From an uncultured Rhodospirillales bacterium (lineage in GTDB: Bacteria > Pseudomonadota > Alphaproteobacteria > Acetobacterales > Acetobacteraceae): a DNA stretch of 64,000 nucleotides. Shown here piece by piece: positions 1-7,182 of this stretch (position 1 is the stretch's first letter; each line of letters begins with the position of its first letter). The notes below the pieces were generated by a model that saw only the letters and a list, made by a program, of their open reading frames with translations, ran no database searches and had not been told where the DNA came from. A program made the translations under genes and the position numbers. The stretch covers positions 2,464 through 66,463 of the forward strand of contig CAIYCW010000042.1 in NCBI GenBank assembly GCA_903924855.1, read 5' to 3'.

Positions 1-1382
1 CATTCTTCGAGGCCAACACCGCCCTGCAATTCGAAGGCGGCCTGCGCATCCCGGACACGTACGGCACCATGCCAGGTGCCGGCACCGGCGGGCGCTCCGT
101 CATCGCCAAACCCTATGACGCCCGCGCCCTCGGCGATCTGCTCCCCCTCCTGCGCCGCCCGCTGCGCGAAACCACCTTTCTCGGCATGACCATCCAGGCC
201 GGCCCCGACCTTGCCGCCTTCATGAACGTCACCCGTTCCGCCAAGGCCTTCCTCCACGTGGCGCGCCGTTTCAGCCGCCACCTCGCCGATCTTGCCCTGC
301 ACGGCCGCGGCCTGCAGCTGCGCAACGGCCAGGCCCTCATCGGCCGCCTGCTGCGCTCCGCCGCCGATCGCGGCGTCGAATTCCGCCCGAACGCGCCGGC
401 CCTGCGCCTGCTGCAATCCGATGGCCGCGTCACCGGCGCCGTCCTCGGCACCCAAACCGGCGAGATCACCATCCACGCACGCCGCGGCGTCGTCCTCGCC
501 GCCGGCGGCTACCCGCATGACGCCACCCGCCGCGCCGAGACCTTCCCCGTCAATCAATCCCATCTCACCGTGGCAAGCCCGTCCGCCACCGGAGACGGGC
601 TGCGCCTCGGCGAACAGGCAGGCGGCATCGTCGACCAAAGCCTCGCCGCCCCCGCCGCCTATTGCCCGGTCTCGCTCGTCACCCATCCGGATGGCAGCAT
701 CGGCCGCTTCCCCCACATCATCGAGCGCGGCAAACCCGGCATCATCGGCGTGCTGGCGAACGGCAAACGCTTCTGCAACGAGGGGGAGGGCTATCACGAC
801 TATGTTCTGGCCATGCTCGGTGCCATCCCGCCCGGCCAGGAAGCTGCCTCCTGGCTGATCTGCTCCCGTGCCTTCCAGCGCCGCTACGGCCTTGGCATCG
901 CAAGGCCGGCGCCCATTCCGGAGCGCCCCTATATCAGATCCGACTATCTCAAAACCGGCCGCACGGTGCGCGAGTTGGCCCAGGCCTGCGGCATCGATCC
1001 GGACGGTCTGGAAGCCACAATCACCACCTTCAACGATCATGCCAGGCAGGGCGAAGACCCCGCATTCGGCCGTGGCACCACCGCCTATCACCGCCTGCAG
1101 GGCGATGCGAAACACCTTCCCAACCCCTGCGTGGCGCCCATCGAGCCCGGCCCATTCTACGCGGTGAAGGTGGTCCCTGGCAGTTTCGGCACCTTCGCGG
1201 GCCTTGCCACGGATGAGCATGCAAGGGTGCTGAATTCCCAAGGTCAGCCGATTCCCGGCCTCTACGCCGCCGGCACCGACATGGCGAGCGTGATGGGCGG
1301 CCACTATCCCGCCGGCGGCATCAATCTCGGCCCCGCCATGACCTTCGGCTTCATCGCCGCCCGAACCGCAGCATCCTCGTAG
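1..1382 (+). CDS. FAD-dependent oxidoreductase (FAD_binding_2 family, 3-ketosteroid dehydrogenase / fumarate reductase flavoprotein-like), 5'-truncated by the window edge
   Basis: ORF 69..1382 stays open in frame back to nt 3, so the gene starts outside the window. The C-terminal GLYAAGTDMASVMGGHYPAGGINLGPAMTFG is typical of this flavoprotein family. Confidence 0.7.
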   Translation, partial: FFEANTALQFEGGLRIPDTYGTMPGAGTGGRSVIAKPYDARALGDLLPLLRRPLRETTFLGMTIQAGPDLAAFMNVTRSAKAFLHVARRFSRHLADLALHGRGLQLRNGQALIGRLLRSAADRGVEFRPNAPALRLLQSDGRVTGAVLGTQTGEITIHARRGVVLAAGGYPHDATRRAETFPVNQSHLTVASPSATGDGLRLGEQAGGIVDQSLAAPAAYCPVSLVTHPDGSIGRFPHIIERGKPGIIGVLANGKRFCNEGEGYHDYVLAMLGAIPPGQEAASWLICSRAFQRRYGLGIARPAPIPERPYIRSDYLKTGRTVRELAQACGIDPDGLEATITTFNDHARQGEDPAFGRGTTAYHRLQGDAKHLPNPCVAPIEPGPFYAVKVVPGSFGTFAGLATDEHARVLNSQGQPIPGLYAAGTDMASVMGGHYPAGGINLGPAMTFGFIAARTAASS

Positions 1383-1433
1383 GGCGGAAGTGCAAAGCAC
1401 CTCCGCCGTCCCACCTCGAAGACCGCTTCCCCC

Positions 1434-2231
1434 TCAATAAGGCCGCCGCCCCGGCGCCGCGAAAGGCTGCTCCAACCCATCCACCGGCACATTGCGCCCA
1501 TTGATCCAATGCGCCCGCGGCGAGGCCAGGAACACGATCACATCCGCCACTTCCTCCGCCGTCCCCAGCCGGCCCATCGGAAACCCGTGCGTCACATAGG
1601 AATCATACCCTGCGGGCTCCGCCTGCCGATACCGGTCCCACCCATTGCCCGGCACCAGGATCGAGCCTGGCGAGACCGTGTTCACCCGGATGCGCTGCGC
1701 CCACAGATCCAGCGCCCATAATTCGGTATCAAAGATCAACGCCGCCTTCGCCGCCCCGTACTGCCCGCTGCCCGCCAGCTGCGGCGTCCAGCCCGAGATG
1801 GACGCCACATTGACGATCGCCGGGCTCTCCCGCCCCGCCATCACCGGGGCCGAAAGCCGCATCATCCGCACCGTCTGCAGCAGGTTCACTTCCAGCGTGC
1901 GGCGCCAATCCTCATCGCTGCTCTCCAACAGGCGCCGCCCCCCGCCGGAGCCGCCCACATTGTTGACCAGCACATCAATCCCGCCCTGCGCGGCCACCGC
2001 TGCCTCCACCAGGCGCTGCGCCTCCTCCGGCACCGTCACATCCGCCACCACCGCCGTCACCGATGCGGCGGTCTTGCGCAAGATCTCGGCGGACGCCTCC
2101 AGATCAGCCGCATTGCGCGCCGAGATCACCAGATGGCATCCCTCCGCCGCAAAGCTCGAAGCTGTCGCAAGCCCAATCCCCCGGCTCGCCCCGGTCACCA
2201 AAGCCACCTTGCCCGCCAGACCCAGATTCAT
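1434..2231 (-). CDS. SDR family oxidoreductase
   Basis: MNLGLAGKVALVTGASRGIGLA (TGxxxGIG Rossmann motif) and NNVG are present. The ATG at 2231 was chosen over the longer ORF start at 2270. Confidence 0.85.
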   Translation of the reverse strand: MNLGLAGKVALVTGASRGIGLATASSFAAEGCHLVISARNAADLEASAEILRKTAASVTAVVADVTVPEEAQRLVEAAVAAQGGIDVLVNNVGGSGGGRRLLESSDEDWRRTLEVNLLQTVRMMRLSAPVMAGRESPAIVNVASISGWTPQLAGSGQYGAAKAALIFDTELWALDLWAQRIRVNTVSPGSILVPGNGWDRYRQAEPAGYDSYVTHGFPMGRLGTAEEVADVIVFLASPRAHWINGRNVPVDGLEQPFAAPGRRPY

Positions 2232-2420
2232 CGCACCCGCCCCCGTTGCCCACCCCCATGATGCAAACACCCGGCCAGCCTCAACCTCGCCCGCCCCAAT
2301 AGGTCCCTGTGAAGGTAGGGTAGCAATTTAATACAATACAATCGGCTATTTTCAGAAATCTATGTTTATATAAAAATGTCGTTTCGATAAATATATGTAG
2401 AAATTTTTAAATTATGTTGA

Positions 2421-3305
2421 TTAAATGGCTGAAAAAAATTTTTCGTCAACTAGCACGCTTTCAATTGTTTTTGTTTCGATGGTGACCCCAAGGCGATTTG
2501 ATTTCAAAAGTTCGCAAAATGCCTCTCCGTCAATCAAATCAATGGCCGGTGCGCCATCGCGCGTGGCCTCCTTGCGAGCCTCTGCCGTGAACGATCCGGT
2601 GGTGATGATAAGACCTTTATCTGCCCGCCCTTGCATCGCCCCTCGAAAGTTCCGGACGACCTCCGAGCCCACGGATCCCTTCCATCGTTTGCATTGGAAC
2701 AAGACCTGAAACGAGATCAGGTTCATGCGCAGAACGCCGGCCCCATCAATGCCGCCATCTCCGGATTTCCCCGTAACTTCCACACGGGTGAAACCGCATT
2801 CACGCAAAAGCCGCTGGCAAAGCCGCTCAAAAGCCGCTGGTTCAATGCCCTGAATGCAATGAAGCAGCTGATCGGCCCAGCCAAGAGAACCTTCGTTGGA
2901 TGGCTCTTGGTCAGTCCCGGTTTCGTCTATTCCTTGAGACGATTTTTTGGCCAGCTGCCAGTCCTTGTAGGCTGCTTCAACCGCCAGCTTCAGACTTTTG
3001 TTGGGTTGATCCGCCGCAAGGCGCCCCTCTTCTGTCAGCACCCAGACACCGCGGTTGGGATTGGCCAGAAACCCAGCCAACTTTAAAAAACTGCGTGCCC
3101 AGGACATTCTGTGGGCCAAAACAGGCGCACCACTTTTGGGATATGTTATATCGAGCATCGCCGACGTCGCGCCGATCGTGGATATCAAGGCGTCGTCAAT
3201 TTCTTCGATGGTGCCGGAGCCTCCCAATGCTCGGATCGCCTTCAAAGTTGGCTCAAACAAGTCATTATACTTTGGAAGAAGGGCCTTTTGGCTCACGATC
3301 ACCAT
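2421..3305 (-). CDS. mrr: Mrr-family type IV restriction endonuclease (Mrr_N winged helix + Mrr_cat PD-(D/E)xK domain)
   Basis: The N-terminus (LFEPTLKAIRALGGSGTIEEIDDAL) is Mrr_N-like. The C-terminal GDGGIDG...QCKRW...VRNFRGAM...GLIITTGSFT is the Mrr catalytic core. The gene lies in markedly AT-rich DNA. Confidence 0.85.
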   Translation of the reverse strand: MVIVSQKALLPKYNDLFEPTLKAIRALGGSGTIEEIDDALISTIGATSAMLDITYPKSGAPVLAHRMSWARSFLKLAGFLANPNRGVWVLTEEGRLAADQPNKSLKLAVEAAYKDWQLAKKSSQGIDETGTDQEPSNEGSLGWADQLLHCIQGIEPAAFERLCQRLLRECGFTRVEVTGKSGDGGIDGAGVLRMNLISFQVLFQCKRWKGSVGSEVVRNFRGAMQGRADKGLIITTGSFTAEARKEATRDGAPAIDLIDGEAFCELLKSNRLGVTIETKTIESVLVDEKFFSAI

Positions 3306-3363
3306 CCAGATATTGCTATTATGGCAGTCCCATAGGGTAGGACGCGCTTTGGCGTCCCACCAT

Positions 3364-3822
3364 TCACCCCGCCGTCAAATCCTTGCGGAAATACACCCGC
3401 CGCAACCCGCGCTCCTCCGCGCGATGCGTCTCCACATATCCAAGCCGCTGATACAGCGCGATATTCTCCACCATCGCCACATTGGTATAAAGCCGGATCG
3501 CTGGAAGCCCCGCCGCACGCGCCGCAGCCTCGGCAAAGCGCAGCAACACCCCGCCATAGCCGCGCCCCTGCGCCTCCGGATGCACGGCGATATTGTCCAG
3601 CAGCATCGCATCCGCCTCGGCGATCAGCACCAGGCAGGCCAGCACGCGCCCGTCCTCCTCCAGCACATGCACCACGCCATCCGCGATCCGCGCCGCGTAA
3701 TCATCATCCATCGGCCCGGGCCTGCGCCCGATCCGCGGAATATAGCCGGCATAGGCCAGCTCCACGATCGCCTGCACCGCCGTCAGATCACCGGACACCG
3801 CCGCGCGAACAACACCCGTCAC
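3364..3822 (-). CDS. GNAT family N-acetyltransferase
   Basis: 152 aa with the acetyl-CoA binding motif IAVHPEAQGRGYGGVLL and the C-terminal YQRLGY. Confidence 0.8.
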   Translation of the reverse strand: MTGVVRAAVSGDLTAVQAIVELAYAGYIPRIGRRPGPMDDDYAARIADGVVHVLEEDGRVLACLVLIAEADAMLLDNIAVHPEAQGRGYGGVLLRFAEAAARAAGLPAIRLYTNVAMVENIALYQRLGYVETHRAEERGLRRVYFRKDLTAG

Positions 3823-3855
3823 CGTTTCAACACGCCCACACGCCTCCTCAACGCC

Positions 3856-4203
3856 TTAGGTGGTCTGTCCCACCCGTCCCGCGATCCCCAGGAACACCAT
3901 CACCGCCTGATTGATGCGCATCAGATCGCCGGCCTCAACCTGCCCAATCCGCACGCCCAGCTTGGCGCGCTGCACGGTGGTGATCTTGTCGACCATGATA
4001 TGGCTTGCAGCCCGCAGCCCATTCCCGGCAGATGGCGCCAACGCCACGCGAAACATCACATCACTTGGCCCAACGCTGGTCAGCCCGCACACGGTCACCG
4101 ACTCCGTCGCGTCGAACCGGTCATCCTGCAAGATCACCACGGGCCGCGGCTTGGAGGCATAGTCACGCCCACCCGAAACCGTCCAGATCTCGCCACGCCT
4201 CAC
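3856..4203 (-). CDS. Type II toxin-antitoxin system PemK/MazF family toxin
   Basis: RRGEIWTVSGGRDYASKPRPVVILQDDRFD...MVDKITTV matches the PemK/MazF fold signature. The GTG at 4203 gives a 4-nt GTGA overlap with the antitoxin stop. The longer GTG at 4212 is also possible. Confidence 0.75.
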   Translation of the reverse strand: MRRGEIWTVSGGRDYASKPRPVVILQDDRFDATESVTVCGLTSVGPSDVMFRVALAPSAGNGLRAASHIMVDKITTVQRAKLGVRIGQVEAGDLMRINQAVMVFLGIAGRVGQTT

Positions 4204-4439
4204 GCATCCCACCAGTCAGAGATCGCGTCGATGAACGCCTGATCCTCTGCCTCATGGGGGGATTGCGCCACCAGCAGCGACTGCCGCCGCGCCTCGGCGA
4301 TGAAATCCGGGCTGTCCATGTCCGGCAGCCAGAACTGCACCGGCCGCAACCCCATCGCCCGCAGCCGCGCACGATGCGCGCGCACCTTGTCCGCGGAGGA
4401 ACGGGGCGGCTTGAAGGTGGGCTGTGACATGAGACGCAT
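4200..4439 (-). CDS. MazE-family antitoxin (DUF3018-type)
   Basis: RAHRARLRAMGLRPVQFWLPDMDSPDFIAEARRQSLLV is the DUF3018 signature. The gene lies immediately upstream of and overlaps the PemK toxin gene. The start is the ATG at 4439 or 4430. Confidence 0.7.
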   Translation of the reverse strand: MRLMSQPTFKPPRSSADKVRAHRARLRAMGLRPVQFWLPDMDSPDFIAEARRQSLLVAQSPHEAEDQAFIDAISDWWDA

Positions 4440-4444
4440 CCGAG

Positions 4445-4462
4445 TAGATTACATGTAACCTA
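4445..4462. promoter_or_regulatory. Near-perfect 18-bp palindrome (core TTACATGTAA); candidate operator/promoter of the mazEF-like operon
   Basis: TAGATTACATGTAACCTA at 4445-4462 has a perfect 10-bp palindromic core at 4449-4458. On the coding (minus) strand it contains a TAATCT -10-like hexamer just upstream of the antitoxin ATG. Confidence 0.4.
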
Positions 4463-4538
4463 TCGCCCGATATGCCGGCTCACCAGTGAATTCGCCATCA
4501 ACGCGCCAGACGGAGATCAGCGGCACGAACCGCGCCCG

Positions 4539-5846
4539 TCACCGCACAAACACGCTCACACTCTCCAGCCGTGCCGACCACAGAAACTGGTCCACCGCCA
4601 CCGTGCTCTCAAGCTTAAAGCCCGCCTGCTTCAGCATCAGCGCATCCCGCGTCAGCGCCCCCGGATTGCAGCTCACATAGATCACCTTCTTGATCTTGCT
4701 GGCCGCGATCTGCGCCGTCTGCGTCTCCGCCCCGCCATGCGGCGGATCGAGCACCACCACGTTGAACGCGTCGATCTCCTTGGCTGAAAGCGGCCTGCGC
4801 TGCAGATCGCGCTGCTCCACCGTGATCCGCCCGGTCTGCCCCGTCGCATTGGCCGCGGCCTTCAGCGCGCCACTCGCCTCGGTGTCGCCCTCCACCGCAT
4901 GCACGCGCATCTGCTTCACAATGGCAAAGGTCAGCGTGCCGCTGCCGGCATAAAGCTCCAGCACGCGCGATTTCGCCGTGGGTTTGGCCGGCAACGCCGC
5001 CATCACGGCGGCAATGATCGCAGCCTCCCCAGGGCGGGAGGCCTGCAGAAACCCGCCCGCAGGCGGCACCACCGGAGTGCCCGAAAAATCCGTGGTCGCC
5101 GGCCGCAGCAGCGCCGCCGTCTCCGGCAGACCCGTGTTGTGCGCCCACATCACCCGCGGCATGCCATGCTCGGTGGCAAACGCCGCAAGCCGTGTCCGGT
5201 CCACCACGCTCAGCGGCCGATCGGTGCGCAGCAGCAGATCCGGCCCCGAATCCAGCAGATTCACAATCGCCGAGCCCTCGCGCCCAAGCGCGTTCAACCC
5301 ACGAAACAACGCCCGCATCGGCGCGATCAGCCCGAACAGGGTCGGATGCAACACATGGCATTCCGTAAGGTCGATCACCTCCGAGCCGCGCATCGCATGC
5401 AGCCCCAGCGTGATGCCGCCCTGGCGCAGCCCGATCTCGCGCCGGATCGCCAGATCCATCCGCCGCCGCGCCCCCGGCGGCGTCTCCACCATCGCCCCGA
5501 CCTCAGGGCTGAACCCCGCCCGCCGCAAGGCGGCCGTCAGCAGATGCGTCTTCCAGGCCAGATATTCGGGCTTGGCGTAATGCTGCAGCGAACACCCGCC
5601 ACACACGCCGAAATGCAGACAGGGCGGCTCCACACGATGCGGGCTCGGCTCGCTGATCCGGTCCGCATGCGCCGCAAACCCCTCGCCGCGCTTGCCCACC
5701 GGCCGCGCCAGCACCTGCTCATCCGGCAACACGAACGGCACATAGACCCGCTCGCCACCTGGCAGCTCGGCCACGCCGTCGCCATCACTGCCAAGGCGTT
5801 GGATGCGGATTTCAGCGGGCTCGGGCAGCTTGACCAAGGGTTTCAA
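4539..5846 (-). CDS. Class I SAM-dependent RNA (uracil-5-)-methyltransferase, RumA/RlmD/TrmA family
   Basis: An N-terminal TRAM-like region is followed by the Cys cluster CLHFGVCGGCSLQH and C-terminal VLDPPHGG and YVSCNP motifs. The start is a TTG at 5846 (uncertain). Confidence 0.8.
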   Translation of the reverse strand: MKPLVKLPEPAEIRIQRLGSDGDGVAELPGGERVYVPFVLPDEQVLARPVGKRGEGFAAHADRISEPSPHRVEPPCLHFGVCGGCSLQHYAKPEYLAWKTHLLTAALRRAGFSPEVGAMVETPPGARRRMDLAIRREIGLRQGGITLGLHAMRGSEVIDLTECHVLHPTLFGLIAPMRALFRGLNALGREGSAIVNLLDSGPDLLLRTDRPLSVVDRTRLAAFATEHGMPRVMWAHNTGLPETAALLRPATTDFSGTPVVPPAGGFLQASRPGEAAIIAAVMAALPAKPTAKSRVLELYAGSGTLTFAIVKQMRVHAVEGDTEASGALKAAANATGQTGRITVEQRDLQRRPLSAKEIDAFNVVVLDPPHGGAETQTAQIAASKIKKVIYVSCNPGALTRDALMLKQAGFKLESTVAVDQFLWSARLESVSVFVR

Positions 5847-5847
5847 G

Positions 5848-5948
5848 AAAAAAGACCTTCATCCATTGGGCGCGTGCCGATCCTGGGAGCGCGAAGCCCA
5901 ATGTCTAAAAGTTTTTTGGTTCTTTTTTTCAAAAAAGAACCGCTTGCC
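5848..5948. repeat. REP/MITE-like palindromic intergenic element, copy 1
   Basis: Hairpin GGTTCTTTTTT/AAAAAAGAACC at 5918-5941. Positions 5908-5950 match 25342-25384 at 40 of 43 positions, and the upstream AAAAGACCTTCA..CATTGGGC arm is shared with copy 2. Confidence 0.55.
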
Positions 5949-7160
5949 TTATACCCCAAACGCCGAAAGCCCTGTCTGCGCGCGGCCCAGAATGAGCGCA
6001 TGCACATCATGCGTGCCCTCATAGGTGTTCACCGCCTCCAGGTTCATCACATGGCGGATGACATGATACTCATCGGCAATCCCGTTGCCGCCATGCATGT
6101 CGCGCGACATCCGGGCGATATCGAGCGCCTTGCCGCAGGAGTTGCGCTTCACCAGGCTGATCATCACAGGCGCCGCCTTGTGCTGATCCATCAGCCGCCC
6201 GACCTGCAGCACCGCCTGCAGCCCGATGCTGATCTCGGTCTGCATGTCCGCCAGCTTCTTCTGGATCAGCTGGGTTGCCGCCAGCGGCCGGCCGAACATC
6301 ATGCGGTTCATCGTATAGTCGCGCGCCGCATGCCAGCAGAACTCGGCAGCGCCCAGCGCCCCCCAGGAGATGCCATAGCGCGCGCGGTTCAGGCACGAGA
6401 ACGGGCCCTTCAGCCCGCGCACATTGAGCATGTTCTCCGCCGGCACGAACACATCCTGCATCATGATCATGCCGGTGATGCTGGCGCGCAGGCTGAACTT
6501 GCCCTCGATCTTGGGCGCGGACAGCCCCGCCATGCCCTTTTCGAGCACATAGCCGCGGATATCGCCGGCCTCATCCTTCGCCCACACCACGAACACATCG
6601 GCGATCGGCGAGTTGGAAATCCAGGTCTTCGAGCCGTTGAGCACAAACCCGCCATCGACGGCCTTCGCCCGCGTGCGCATCGAGGCCGGGTCAGACCCCG
6701 CATCCGGCTCGGTCAGCCCGAAGCAGCCGACATACTCGCCCTTCGCCATCTTCGGCAGCAGCCGGTCCTTCAGCGCATCCGCGCCATAGGCATGGATCGG
6801 AAACATCGCCAGCGAGGACTGCACCGAGAACGCGCTGCGATAGCCGCTGTCCACCCGCTCCACCTCGCGTGAGATCAGCCCGTAGGAGACATAGTTGATG
6901 CCGGCGCAGCCATGGCTATCAAGTGTCGCCCCCAGAAACCCCATCTCGCCCATCTCGTTCATGATCTCGCGATCGAACGTCTCATGGCGGTTGGCCATCA
7001 GCACGCGGGGGAAGAGCTTTTCCTGGCAGTATTGATGGGCGGCATCGCGGATCGCGCGTTCGTCCTCGCTCAGCTGGTCATTGAGAAGCAGCGCGTCGTC
7101 CCATTGAAAGGGCGGCAGGCTGGAGGTTTTCCCGGTGGCCGGCTTGGCGATGACGTTCAT
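5949..7160 (-). CDS. gcdH: Glutaryl-CoA dehydrogenase (acyl-CoA dehydrogenase family)
   Basis: [32 protein letters not shown] and the overall sequence are typical of GcdH. The ATG at 7160 is preceded by GGAG with about 6-nt spacing. Confidence 0.85.
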   Translation of the reverse strand: MNVIAKPATGKTSSLPPFQWDDALLLNDQLSEDERAIRDAAHQYCQEKLFPRVLMANRHETFDREIMNEMGEMGFLGATLDSHGCAGINYVSYGLISREVERVDSGYRSAFSVQSSLAMFPIHAYGADALKDRLLPKMAKGEYVGCFGLTEPDAGSDPASMRTRAKAVDGGFVLNGSKTWISNSPIADVFVVWAKDEAGDIRGYVLEKGMAGLSAPKIEGKFSLRASITGMIMMQDVFVPAENMLNVRGLKGPFSCLNRARYGISWGALGAAEFCWHAARDYTMNRMMFGRPLAATQLIQKKLADMQTEISIGLQAVLQVGRLMDQHKAAPVMISLVKRNSCGKALDIARMSRDMHGGNGIADEYHVIRHVMNLEAVNTYEGTHDVHALILGRAQTGLSAFGV

Positions 7161-7182
7161 CCAACGCTCCGTGTTCTGGTTT

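Noticed and set aside
1-2231. The KstD-like flavoprotein plus SDR at the left edge was considered, together with the ACAD pair/ligase at 28.7-33.7 kb, as one steroid-catabolic cluster.
   Set aside because: The two groups are more than 26 kb apart and separated by unrelated housekeeping operons. No ring-cleavage or hydratase/thiolase genes are present. The link is too weak to claim.
3364-3822. The GNAT was considered as the toxin of a GNAT/RHH-type toxin-antitoxin system, or as a third component of the mazEF module.
   Set aside because: No small RHH/Xre-type antitoxin ORF is directly coupled to it, and its sequence looks like a generic acetyltransferase. The only support is adjacency, so it is reported only as context in the islet finding.
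4899-6872. Very long ORFs lie antisense to, or out of frame with, recognised genes. Examples are 4899..6872 (657 aa), 7135..9000, 25442..27481, 28768..30747, 34269..35624, 43110..44816, 44826..46412, 50875..52842 and 58876..60501.
   Set aside because: Their translations are Arg/His/Pro/Gly/Ala-rich low-complexity strings with no recognisable motifs. They are fully overlapped by genes with clear family signatures on the other strand or frame. This is the expected open-frame artefact of high-GC DNA.
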